In this document: one piece after another, positions 1 to 12,565 of the stretch | Layout of the letters: each line of letters starts with the position of its first letter | Position numbering within the stretch: the stretch's first letter is position 1 | Assembly: GCF_009914755.1 (NCBI RefSeq) | Contig: NC_060929.1 | Length of the DNA: 64,000 bases | Source of the DNA: the human T2T-CHM13v2.0 reference genome, Homo sapiens | Reading direction: 5' to 3' (one strand) | Program-made: the position numbers and the translations under genes | The notes under the pieces: generated by a model | What the model was told of the DNA's origin: nothing | Databases searched by the model: none | Seen by the model: only the letters and a program-made list of their open reading frames with translations

Positions 1-2254
1 AAATTCATGCTATTTATTTTTAATTAAGGCTCTGCTTTCACTTCGGGGAAAAAAAAAAAGACTATTTTCCGTATTTTATGTTGCAAGTGTACACAAAGCT
101 TTGATTACAGTAGCAATACTCCCCAAAATGGAGTTAGACTAAGCTGGGTCCTGAACCCAGCCCTATCGCTTCTTCAATATGTGTCTTTGCAGAAATTAAT
201 GTCACTGACCTCGGGCATCTTTATCTATAAAAGAGTACTAGTCATATCTACTTCACAGGGTTTTTGTTGGAAAGAAAATGAGATAGCAATTGTGAAGTTC
301 TGGAAACACAGAGTAGGGACTTCATGTGTGTTAATGTTTTTTACCTCTTTTCTTCCCTTGCCCTCATACCTGGAGCATGGACGGTCCCATTCTTTCAAAG
401 GGCAAGCTTACCTGGATAGCTAAGAGAACCTACTCATTTTGCAAATGGTGAAACTGAGGCCATGCAGAGACATTTCCAGAGAAACATCCCACACAGACAT
501 GGACAATGACAGTTTCCTCTTATCCCCCCGAAGGAGCCAAAACCACGAGTCACTGCAAAAACCTCCAACTCCAAACCTCAACAGGTTTTACCATGTCCTG
601 TGAAATCCCATCTATCCACAAGATATCCAAGGTGGTAATCCAAGAGTTAAAAAACAGCCACCATTTTTTTTTTTTCTAGACTATGTCCTTTTGAGAACTG
701 CAGAACTAAAACAAACTGTATAAGCAAGTTTGGAAGAGTTAATGCTGAGAATGTCTCTTGGACACAGCACAAGGGCTCCACCTTCAGCTTTAGAGTGAAG
801 AGGAATTTTTCAAAAATTCCACTGTCAGAGTCCTAAGAAAGCAGACCTGAAATATAATCTCTTCTCATAAAATTTAAACTACACAACCTTTCACTTTTAA
901 ATATTTCAGTCCTGAATATTTATCTACTGCCCACAGGTGAAATGAAGAGTCTTATAATGTGCAATATTGACATTATAGTGACAAGATTTAAAAATGTATT
1001 ACATTTTCTTTAAATTCTTCAGAACATACATTTTCACGTCATTTTCTTTATAGTTGCAGCAAAGCCTGATTAGCTCTTTCATTTTAATTCTCCTATGGTT
1101 TCACTCAATTGGACTTAAGTTCTTCTAATAAAGAAAAAGGTTAATTCTTGCCCAGTAGATTTATTTATAAATTACCAGTGGGTTTTGAATATTCCAGTAA
1201 ATACATTGCAGTCTTTGGAAGAGAATTTTTATATTGACAAAGGGAAGCAAAATTCAGTTCTATTCAAGGATGTTGATTGGACCTTGAACATTAAAATCTA
1301 CCAGTGGGCAGTGGTAAGGAATACAGCATCTAAAAACAAACTTCCAATAGAGTCCCGTAATTTCATAGAATGAACCTCACAAATATAAGTTGAATTCTAA
1401 AGCGATTTATGTAATTGCATTACAGAGTGGAAGATATTCCACTTTTTTCAGCTACATATTTTACAGTGATATATTTTTTAAAAGGTGACAAAGTGCCAAT
1501 TGCTGTACAAATTGTGGCATATAGGAGGGAAATTAGTCATTTTTCTACATTAAAATTAGTAGATATAGATTATAAGCAAATGTAAATACAGACAGACACA
1601 GATTGAATCTTTCAAATCCTGATCGTAAGTGTAAACTTTTTGCTAACTTTCTCCATCTTTTTTCCTCTATCATGCTCTCAGATTTCTAAGTCTTAGTGAA
1701 AAGTCATAAATATTCAGGGTTATAGAACTGTGTCTCAGTAAAGAAAATTGGAAAATTAAACTTACATCTTAAACCTCAGAAAGTTTCTACATGCCTTCTA
1801 ATGGTTTCTTGAATTCTTATCTTTTTTTTCCCATTGGATTGCTTACAAAACTGGAGTCAGAAGTTGCCACAGAGAAACGTGATTTTTTTGTGTCCCAAAG
1901 ACACTGAAATGAGATTACCGCCTCACCAAAGCAAGGATTGAAACCAAGCCCCAACTTCTGTTTTTTTCAACACTCAGGTTTCAAAGTCCTTGCCCATCTA
2001 AAGTTTCTTTTATAATGGTGGGGAGTTAAAATGTGTAGTGTAATTTCTATCCACTTAGCACCATGATAATTATTCTTAAAATGTATTCTAATCCTCATAA
2101 TGACCCAGTGATAGTTGTTTTAAGATTCCTCATTTTATCATTAAGTAACCAAAGCATAAAGAAAGTAAATAAGCCCGAAGTTGTGTTGGTGCACCAGCAG
2201 GCCCAAACTCTTACTCCATATCCTCTCTACATATATCAACCACCACAACCCTCA

Positions 2255-2623
<369 letters not shown>

Positions 2624-3195
2624 CTATTTGATAGACATTATGCCTTATGAAAATGAAGCACAGAAATGTTAAGCTGCCTAAGATATCAGAGCAACTTCAC
2701 AAAAGTTGGAACTAGAAGTCATCCGCTGAATATCGACCCTAAAGAGCAAGCAGAAAGATTCAAAGTGAACAGGCTCTGGAATCAGAAATGTCTGCATTCA
2801 AATCCCAGCTCCACCACAGCCAGCTGTGTAACCTAGGTCGAGTTACCCAACATTACTATTCCTCAATTTTCTCTTCAGTTAGTTGAAAAGAACAACAGCA
2901 TGCCAAATTTTTATGAGGATTAGAGCTACCATATAAAAAGAATCTGGTACAAAGTATGGATGCATACAAGTTCTTTATCATTTCAGAAGAAATAGGATCT
3001 CTTAGGCATTTTCCTCACGGTGAACAATTATTATAGGCATCTCAACTTTATTGACCTTGGCTTTTCCACTTGCCCAAACATAACAAATTTACTACCCTAA
3101 AAGAATTAGCTTTGACCATGCCTGTCCCCAAGTATCTAATGAAAATATTGGTGTAGGTACAAAATAAATGCTCTTGTTCTTTCCTCTCTTCCACC

Positions 3196-3271
3196 TCCTC
3201 TCTCTCACTCTGTCTCTCTCTCTCTCTCTCCCTCTCTCCGTCTCATACACATACACACACACACACACACA
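3196..3271. repeat. (TC)n-(CA)n compound microsatellite
   Basis: Direct reading of the dinucleotide runs. Confidence 0.9.
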
Positions 3272-3697
3272 GTGTCTTAGTGCAAGTAGAACCATCAATG
3301 AGATTAAAATGTTTCACTAGATGGAAACAAGAGAAAAAATACAAACTCTAAAGAAAGATGCTGCATTGCTATCTTTCTAATGATAGAAGAATACCTCATA
3401 ATGACAAATTGTTAAGCTAATTATTTTAATTTTTAAAAATTGAAAAATCATGATATTAATGTCTTGTAAAGGTTTCTCCTCTAATTTCATGCCTAATGTG
3501 AAAAAAGCCACATCATACATAAGCCTTTTTTAAAAATAAGAAGTCCAGAAGTTATTAGTAAGATATTCGTTACTGAACTAATATAAAGGAAACGTTATTC
3601 ACCTCCTGCAATATCTTATCAAGACCATTCTTTAGGAGAAAAGTCCTAAACTATGTAAACAATTCAATTTTTCCCTACATCACGGCTCATCCAATTA

Positions 3698-4304
3698 ATG
3701 CAGGATCCTTTCTCTCAGTCACGTTGCAAGCCCGGGACCCCCTAGACAGCAATACCCCATCTGGGTCTCACTCAGCCACACTGGCATGCCCAGCTCACCT
3801 GTGTTATAGCTTGTACCCATGCTCAGCAGTTCCTGAGTTCTTGTACCATGCCCAAGAAGAATGAGGATACATGGGACATTGAAGGGAGAAGAGAGAAGAA
3901 TTTTATTGAGTAATGAAAATGGCTTTCAGCAGAGAGGGAATGGAAGGGTGCGGGGTATGGTTTCCCTGTGTGGCTGGGTCTGAGTCTTATAGACTCAGAA
4001 TCTGGAGTGCATGCTGATTGGTCTGTGAGTATGCAAAAATGGTTAAAGCAAAGACACCATGCAAAGGTGAGCACAACAGTGTAGAAAACCATTTAGGAAA
4101 GGGTAGGTATATGTAAAATAGGTGAAAGGTGAGGACCAATTGGAGGAAAGCACACCAAACAGGAAGACAAGTTCTCAGTCTGGTCTGAGGAATTAACTTG
4201 TGGCTTGGCTTTCAGGCTTTAAACTCTTTGGCTTGGAGGTGGGGTTTCACTGGAATCCTACCCCTATTTGCCTATGCATTTGGCTGCCTCCTGCTGCTCT
4301 CACA
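3698..4304 (-). mobile_element. ERV1-class solo LTR (MER52/LTR1/LTR27-like; subfamily uncertain)
   Basis: Minus-strand AATAAA (ttttattgag at ~3901) and CCAAT boxes (gctgattgg); 'gagttcttgt...ccaagaagaatgagg' segment resembles this LTR group. Confidence 0.6.
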
Positions 4305-4376
4305 ATTTTAGAGCTGTAAAATATATGAAGAGATTTATTCTGAGCCAAATGTGAAGACCATAACCCATGACACAGC

Positions 4377-4974
4377 TACTACCAAGAAAGGGGTCCCAAC
4401 CCAGACTCCAAGAGAGGGTTCTTGGATCTCGCACAAGAAAGAATTCAGGGTGAGTCCATAGAGTAAAGTGAAAGCAAGTTTACTAAGAAAGTAAAGAAAT
4501 AAAAGAATGACTACTCCATAGGCAGAGCAGCCCGAGGGCAGCTGGTTGCCCATTTTTACGGTTATTTCTTGATTACATGCTAAACAAGGGGTGGATTATT
4601 CATGAGTTTTCCAGGAAAGAAGTGGGCAATTCCCAGAACTGAGGGTTATTCCCCTTTTTTGACCGTATAGGGTAACTTCTTGACATTGCCGTGGCATTTG
4701 TAAAGTGGCATGGCGCTGCTGGAAGTGTAGCAGTAAGGATGACCTTGAGGTCACTCTTGTTGCCATCTTAGTTTTGGTGGGTTTTAGCCAGCTTCTTTAC
4801 TACAGCCTGTTTTATCAGCAAGCCCTCTATGACCTGTATCATGTGCTGACCTCCCATCTCATCCTGTAACTAAGAATGCCTTAACCTCCTGGGAATGCAA
4901 CCCAGTAGGTCTCAGCCTTATTTTACCCAGCCCCTATTCAAGATGGACTTGCTCTGTTTCAAACACATCTGACA
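4377..4974 (-). mobile_element. MER41 (MER41B-like) solo LTR nested in MER4
   Basis: 'aaaggggtcccaacccagactccaagagagggttcttggatctcgcacaagaaagaattcaggg' matches MER41; ends in tgaca; 4-bp TSD CAGC at 4373-4376 and 4975-4978. Confidence 0.88.
4609..4638. promoter_or_regulatory. Tandem GAS (STAT1-type) motifs within MER41
   Basis: TTCCAGGAA (4609-4617) and TTCCCAGAA (4630-4638) both fit TTC-N3-GAA. Confidence 0.65.
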
Positions 4975-6075
4975 CAGCCTCAGGAGGTTCTGAGAACATG
5001 TGCCCAAGGTGGTTAGGTCACAGCTTGAATTTATACATTTTAGAGAGACTTAAGACATAAGACATTAATACATGTGAGGTATACATTGGTTCTGTCCCAT
5101 AAGGAGGGACAGCTTGCAGTGGGGTCTCACAGAACATAGGTAGACTCAAAGATTTTCAGATTGGCAATTGTTTGAAAGAGATAAGTTATTATCTAAAGAC
5201 CTAGAATCAATAGAGAGGAGTGTTTGGGTTAAGATAAGAGATTGTGGAGCCCAAGGTTCTTATTATGTAGATAAAGTCTCATAGGTGGCCACCCCTACAG
5301 GCTAATGTTTCCTAGTCAGATCTTAAAAAGGTGCTAGACTCTTAGCTAATCTCTTCAGGATCAGCAAAAGACCTGGAAAGGTAAGGGGATTATCTAAGGA
5401 ATGTAAATTTCCCCTACAAGAAATAGCTTTTCAGGTCCGTTTCAAAATATGTCAAAGAAATATATTCTGGGGTAAAATACTTTGATTTCTTTCAGGGCCT
5501 GCTATCTGTCATGTGATGCTATCCTAGAGTCAGGTTGGAATTTGGTATCTTATTGTTACTATTAGTCTTAATGTCTCTGTTTTAATGTTAATGCTGGTCA
5601 GCTATGCCTGAATTCTAATGGGAGGAGAGCATACTGAAGCATGTCCAACCCCCCTTCCCATCATGGCCTGAACTAGTTTTTCTGTATCTTTGGAATCCCC
5701 GTGGCCCAGAGAAGTGATCCATTCAGTCTGTTGGGGGGCTTAGTATTTTATTTTTGGTTTACAGCTTGAAGAGTCCACTGAGATTATTTAGCCACTGCAG
5801 AAACTTCTGGAATATCTGCCTAGTTTTTCCTCCTCTTTTCTGAGAATTAACTTCCCTTAAATACTGGAGTAGACTTCTCAGCCATGTTTGTAATTCATGA
5901 CCCCTCTCTATTTCGTCACAGGTATGAATTCCTGGATCAACATGATAAATCAGGTTAGTCTTGAACTTCAAACATGCTAGTTGGCCTCAGGGGTTAAACT
6001 AGAGGCTAGAGAAGCCATATTTAATCAAATTCGTCACAAAGCAGGGGAAGGAAGTATGGGAGAAAAAGAAAATAG

Positions 6076-6381
6076 ACTTAAATCAAGTTTAGCCAAAAAC
6101 TGTCTCTTTACATATTTTAAGTTTGGCCTAAAGGTTTTTCTGTACATTGTAAACTATAACAAGTAAAGGTGTAAACAGACCGTAGCCTACACTCATGCTA
6201 ATCACCAAGTTTTGGCCAATCAAATATAGCCAACTGTTTGAATAGTGTTCAAATAAGGCAAAAGCCAACCTGTAACCAATCCAGCTGTTTCTGAATTTCA
6301 CTTCCATTTTCTGTGCATAAATCATTCATTACTCAATTAAACTGCTTTAAATTTAATTCAGCTGAAGTTTTTCTTTTATCA
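6076..6381 (+). mobile_element. MER57-family LTR, internally deleted
   Basis: 'aagtttagcc...tacatattttaagtttggcctaaagg', several CCAAT boxes, and 3' end 'aaatttaattcagctgaagtttttcttttatca'. Confidence 0.75.
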
Positions 6382-6606
6382 AGACAAACAGAAAAAATAA
6401 GAAGAGAAAGTACATGGAATGAGAAAGAGGTCAGAAGAGAGAAAAAAAATAAAATGTCTTCCTTGCATTCTGACAATTTTCTACTCCCAAGTATCAGTAA
6501 TTCATGAGACTCAATCACTTTCTGCTCTTGGTTTACATGTGATGCTCTTAATTATTTTGTAATCCACTTCAGTCACTCTTAAGTTAAAGTTTTTGTTTAT
6601 GGCAAC

Positions 6607-7064
6607 TGTGGAATTCAATAATTCAAACTTAAAATTAATTCAAACTTAAAACTGTTGGAATTTTAAATTATTCTGAGCCTTGAAAGGAATGTGGCTATGC
6701 AACCTGAGTCACACAGAATGCAGCTGCAACTTCTGCCTTTTTTTCTCTAAATAATTAAGACCAAACAGCATCAGAGATAAGACCTCTCAGATTATTATCC
6801 CTCCTCATGGTGGAGTAATAAAATAACCTTCCTTAGAATGTACCACTCTGTGACCAATTAAGTTGCAGTGGTGTATGTACTAGTCTTGTATGGAAAATGT
6901 TAAAATCCTGCTAACATCTCTATATAAATGAAACTTTAACTCTCCACTTAGGAACACTACCCCATTCTCTTGGAGTCCATTTCCAGGTGTCTAGCCTCAA
7001 GTTTAGCATTCCAATAAACTCTATACTTAATCATATTTTCTGAATCTCATTATTTAAGGTTAAC
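6607..7064 (+). mobile_element. ERV1 solo LTR (MER4 group, MER49-like)
   Basis: TG...CA ends, TATA-like 'tatataaa' at ~6921, AATAAA at ~7013, terminal 'tattttctgaatctcattatttaaggttaaca'. Confidence 0.6.
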
Positions 7065-7759
7065 ACAACCAAATGTTCCCTCACTAAAATATTAGATCAA
7101 TGCCTTCTTCTATTTTATAAAACAGAGAATGAGACCCAGAAGGGTGAAGTTCCTGCTCTGCTCATTTTCACCTACATAATTAGCAGAACTAAATTCAGTT
7201 CCTTTATTTACAACCGAAGTTCTCTTCCTACTACACTAATTTCCATTGAATGTTCTAAAATACTGAAATGGAAGTATGAGAAACCGAAATATCATACTTC
7301 ACAAAAACCTAAGATCCATTAATTGTACGACATAGAAAACATTGCAAGTTAAACTATGATATGTTGCTAAGATGCAAATGATAGTAAGAGATATTCATAT
7401 TTCAAATATATTAAAATACGAAATCAAAGGCTCACTTCAGAATCGGGGAAAATGGTAATATAATGGATGAAGTGAATTTGGGACAGGGCAGGTTGAAATG
7501 TATTAATCGTAGTACCAGTTGGGGAGGAAATGCATAAGTTTTTCAAATAGGAAAATGAATACTGTGATTCTTCCTGTTTTAAAATCCATTGCATATGTGT
7601 TGCCAATAGTGGAGAATCTGAGCCAAGTTCAGAGTACTTAAAAGATGAATGGAAAGGACACTCTCAAATCCTCTTCTTGATTGATGTCAAAGTCCTAACA
7701 CTAAAGGAATGCGAGGAAAGAGATGGAAAATGTATAAACCCCATTTCTAGTCCTCATGC

Positions 7760-7970
7760 ATCATTCTTTAATCAACGATATTTATTGAGTCCCCAGTCAG
7801 TGTTAGGCACCGTTTCAATACTGGGTCTATAGCAGAGAACAAAAGAAGTAAAGTGCTTCACGGAGCTGACATTGTAGTGGAGAAAACAGATGAAAAACAA
7901 CAAAATTAAATTAAAATGTCATAGAAAATGTCAAGTAGTACGCAAGTTCAAGAAAATTAAAGCATAGTAA
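7760..7970 (-). mobile_element. L2 LINE 3' fragment
   Basis: 'atatttattgagtccc...gtgttaggcac...ggagctgacattgtagtgg' L2 3' signature. Confidence 0.6.
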
Positions 7971-9649
7971 GGAGTCATTCCCTCATGAAACACACAATAT
8001 AAAAATGAGTCTCACATACATGAAATAATTTTTCAAATCCTTTGAGACCGTAGGTGACTAAGTGTCCAGGTAAGTTGTTTGGACATTTAGTATAGTAGAA
8101 TTCAGAGAGGTCCTCTCAAGGCTCTCTTTTGCCTTGACCTTAGATCTAACAACGGTGTCATTTGTTACTTAATTCAAAGACGTGGACCTTGATACAAAAC
8201 CGCTACTCTCTGCCAAGGTGGTCAATCCAGCAAGTGGGAACCAGTTGCATGTAAACCCTTCCCTTGATTTCAACAGAGCATGTGGGACCACTCACTCTTG
8301 CCTTTGTTGCTCTATAACCAAACCTTCAAATATACCCTAAGGCAAGCTTGGAGGCATGAATTTGTGATCCCTGTCTCACAGTCAGTGTCCCCCTGGCCTC
8401 CCTCATGTCACACTATGCTTTTCCTCACCAGTAAATACTAACTCTTTCTAGATGGTTGTCCAGAAGGTTTTCTTCATTACCATTTAGAGTAGTACCATGA
8501 AATTCCCAGGAGGGCCACCTGAAGCTAAGTCCTATCTCTCCCATCATGCCATCTGCCCAAGGTTTAACAGGGATTATTTAATTATGAATTGTAGAGAAAA
8601 TAAAAATCTGAATTTCTCAGAGAGCTTGAAGTCCTTTCTAGGAATATTTTTAAATTTTTTTCATTAAAAAAAATTTATACAAATATTTATTAGTCTTCCA
8701 AACCTTCAAGCAATAAAGACAATGAAAAGCATCCTTGTTCCCATAACAGCCCAATCTCAAATCTCCTTAGAGGATTATTTTCAGAAGCAAAATTAAAACT
8801 ACAAAAAAATCAAATGAAAATTTGAGAACTGAAAAATGCACTATTTTAAATCAGAAAAAATTAGTGGATAGGCTTAATAGCAGAATGGAGACGAAAGAAA
8901 GGGAAACTGAAAATGCAGCAATAGAAATTTGTGTGTCTTGCTATATAGTAATTCTGTGTATTATTTATTAACAAATAAATAAACATAAAGGGAACTTTCT
9001 ATAGGTATAATGTTCTGTAACCCACTTGTTACTCAGACATAAATTGTAGATACTATCTTTTTCTCTGAGTAGATACAGGTGTCATGTTCTTCTTAATGGC
9101 TATATATAAGTTTATTGTATGGAACTATGGTAGTATGTTAAACTATCACCATGTTAATGAGTTTCTTTCCAATTTTCACATAATGATGCAACAATTAACA
9201 TATACACACTTACTTGATGCATTGGTGTGTTTCCATAGAATATATTCCTGAAATTTGAACTTTTGGCTCAAAGGAAATGTACACATTTGAAATTTATCAA
9301 GATCTCCATATTGACTATGAAAAAGACTGTACTAATTTGCATACCACTATCTAAGTGGGGACTGCCTATTTTCCCATATATGCACCTAAATTGGTTATCA
9401 TTTTCATGTTTGAATGTCTGATCACTGAAAAATATTACATCATTATAATATTTACTGAAAAATTATGGTATTTCTCACAATACTTACTCCTTTTAAAATT
9501 AAAAAATACATTAATTTGCTCAGCAGCAATAGAAAAACATTAATTAAAAAAATTTTTAAACTTCATATTTACCCCTACATATAGCTTATGTTAATGGTAG
9601 AAGATTAAGAAAATAAACACTTAAGGAAAAATGGAATATCAGGGTACAT

Positions 9650-10785
9650 GTGGTGCCAGCCAAATGGAGAACTTGATACAGGTTATTTCTCTACTGTTAC
9701 AACTAAAAACTCTGAACAGATTGCCAAATGCACTATTTGAGAATTCTGAAAAGTCAATAATAGCAAATGAATTGAGGACTAAAGTGAAAATTTAAATGTT
9801 GGCCAGCAAAGTAAGACTCCAGTCACTAGGAAATTCATAATGACAGTGAAAGCTAAAAGTCTGAGAGAAATGCATCTTTCTGGCCAAAGGTATAAGGAAA
9901 ACAAACCACTGGAAGTTAAGAGTATGAAAGAAATCCCAAAGAGGAAAGAACCGGAGAAGGGGATCCTGTGTATGAAGTGACATAAGTCCTGGGCTTACCT
10001 CCAAGCTGTGCATGTACACAACAGACTCAAAGAAATCAACAAAGGCTTTAAGAAGTGAATTGCCGTATAAACCACTGGTCCAGCTGAAGACAAACCCCTA
10101 AGATGCACATGTGCCAAGTAGACTCAAAAAGCATAAGACAGGCCTGGAAAACTGAAATGATATTGGAACCACCAGCCTAAGAAGGAGAATCAGAACTTGT
10201 GGTCTGAACCTACCTAGCCAATTGCCTGCTTAAACAATAAAGAAATAAATAACATTCTGCAGAGGATTTAATAGGACCTAGAATCTATCAACATGATATT
10301 AAAAATATTCTGGATACAAACCAAAAGCATTCAACATACAAAGAAACAAAATTATCTAACCAATATCTAAGAAAATAGATACTCAGCAGATACCAAGCCT
10401 GAGATAACCCAGATGTTGGGATTATCAAAGACCTTAAAGTAGCTATTATAAGAATAATCCATTAGATAAAGATAAACACATTGAAATGAATGGGTATATA
10501 AAAGTTTTCAGAGCAAAATTAAAACTATAAAAAAGAATCAAGTGGAAATTTGAGAACTGAAAAATCAGAAAAATTTACTGGATGGGCAAAATAGCATAAT
10601 GGAGATGAAAGAGAAAAGAGCCAGTGAAATTGAAGACGGAGCAATTGAAATTATGCAATTTAAAGAACAGAGAGGAAAAGACTGCAAAAACTAAAAAAGC
10701 CTCCAACCTGTGCAACCATATCTAAGGATCTAACATGTTACTGGAGTTGAAGAAAGGAGAAATAAATTGGTGTAGAAAAATGTTG
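9650..10785 (+). mobile_element. Old L1M 5'UTR/ORF1 region
   Basis: A-rich ORF1 coiled-coil-like sequence ('gagataacccagatgttgggattatca', 'aagaatcaagtggaaatttgagaactgaaaaat'). Confidence 0.65.
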
Positions 10786-10950
10786 AGGAAGAGCATCAGG
10801 ATAAATAGCTAATGCATGCAGAGCTTACTACCTAAGTGATGGGTTGATAGGTGCAGCAAACCACCATGGCACACATTTACCTATGTAACAAACCTGCATG
10901 TCCTGCACACATATCCCAGAACTTAAAATTAAATTAAAAACAACAAAAAG
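10785..10950 (+). mobile_element. 5'-truncated L1PA 3' end (older L1PA)
   Basis: 'gggttgataggtgcagcaaaccaccatggcacac...aacctgca...agaacttaaaa' plus A tail; approximate TSD aaaaatgtt. Confidence 0.85.
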
Positions 10951-11230
10951 AAAAAAAATGTTATCAAGAATCCTGTCATCCAGATATAATCAATTTTAAT
11001 ATTTGATATAAACATTTCAAGGCTTTTTTTTCATATACATAAGTGCACGTGCACACACACACACAGACACTCTCACTCATATATCCTGGGATACTGCAAT
11101 ATCTGCCACTGGTAAATTGTTTTTTTCTTTAATAATATATTGTGAATGCTTTTCTATGACAATAAATGTGCATCTTGTACAATAATTTTAATGGCTGGTC
11201 AATAGCTCATTGTATAATGTAGCCATAGTA

Positions 11231-11367
11231 TTTTATTTTATTTATTTATTTATTTATTTGAGAAGGAGTCTTGCTGTGTCGCCCAGGCTGGAGTGCAGTG
11301 GCATGATCTCAGCTCACTGCAACCTCTGCTCCTGGGTTCAAACGATTCTTCTGCCTCAGCATCCTGA
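11231..11367 (-). mobile_element. 5'-truncated Alu (right arm only)
   Basis: (TTTA)n tail and Alu 3' sequence; imperfect TSD tagccatagtatttt / tagccatcatatttt. Confidence 0.9.
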
Positions 11368-11443
11368 TAGCCATCATATTTTAAATTCAATAACCTACCT
11401 TTGCTTAGCTTCCTTCCCTTTTTCTAGCCATTATAAAAATTCT

Positions 11444-12081
11444 GAACTAGAAATACCATTTGACCCAGCAATCCCATTACTGGGTATATACCCAAAGGAC
11501 TATAAATCATGCTGCTATAAAGACACATGCACACGTATGTTTATTGCGGCACTATTCACAATAGCAAAGACTTGGAACCAACCCAAATGTCCAACAACGA
11601 TAGACTGGATTAAGAAAATGTGGCACATATACACCATGGAATACTATGCAGCCATAAAAAATGATGAGTTCGTGTCCTTTGTAGGGACATGGATGAAATT
11701 GGAAATCATCATTCTCAGTAAACTATCGCAAGGACAAAAAACCAAACACCGCATGTTCTCACTCATAGGTGGGAATTGAACAATAATAACACATGGACAC
11801 AGGAAGGGGAACATCACACTCTGGGGACTGTTGTGGGGTGGGGGGAGGGGGGAGGGAGAGCATTAGGAGATATACCTAATGCTAAATGACGAGTTAATGG
11901 GTGCAGCACACCAGCATGGCACATGTATACATATGTAACTAACCTGCACATTGTGCACATGTACCCTAAAACTTAAAGTATAAAAATAATAAAATAAAAT
12001 AAAATAAAGAAATAAACTTAAAATACAAAATATAGAAAATAAATAAATAAATAATAAATAAATAAATAAATAAAATAAAAA
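11444..12081 (+). mobile_element. Young L1PA (L1PA3/4-like) 3' end: ORF2 C-terminus, 3'UTR and (AAATA)n tail
   Basis: Translates as ELEIPFDPAIPLLGIYPKDYKSCCYKDTCTRMF...HRMFSLIGGN (L1 ORF2p C-terminus); G-rich 3'UTR tract; approximate TSD ataaaaattctg / ataaaaatactg. Confidence 0.97.
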
Positions 12082-12169
12082 TACTGCACTCAGTCTTATT
12101 CCTAAATCATTTCACATTTCACGCCATTATTATTTTCTTCATTCATATTCCTAAAAATAAAATTGCTGT

Positions 12170-12565
12170 GTGATCCGATTTGGATATTTGTTCCCTCCAA
12201 ATATGCTGTTAAAATGTAATGCCCAATGTTGGAGGTGGGAGGTGGGAGGTGTTGGATCATAGGGGCAGATCTCTCACAGATGGTATTGCACCATTCTTGC
12301 AGTAATGAGCAAGTTCTTACTCTGAATTCATGAGATCTGGTTGTTTAAAAGAGTGTGGCACCTCCACCTGCTTTCTCTTGCTCCCACTCTCCCCATGTGA
12401 TACGCCAGCTCCCCCTTCACCTTCCACCATAATTGAAAACTTCCTGAGACCTCACCAGAAGCAAGGCAGATGCCAGCGCCATGCTTCCTATACTGCTTGC
12501 AGAACCATGAGTGAATTAAATCTCTTGTCTTTATAACTTACCCAGTCTCAGGTCAAAGACTTACT
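12170..12565 (+). mobile_element. MaLR solo LTR (MST-like)
   Basis: 'tttggatatttgttccctccaaat...cccaatgttggaggtggg...tacccagtctcagg' MST pattern. Confidence 0.8.

Larger units (their letters stand above)
4305..5763 (-). mobile_element. MER4-family ERV1 LTR, split by a MER41 insertion
   Basis: Right end reads TGTAAACCAAAAATAAAAT... on the minus strand; 'ccatgacacagc|ctcaggagg' is continuous once the insert is removed. Confidence 0.8.

Noticed and set aside
11823-11856. G-quadruplex-forming tract
   Set aside because: Standard feature of L1PA 3'UTRs, not specific to this locus
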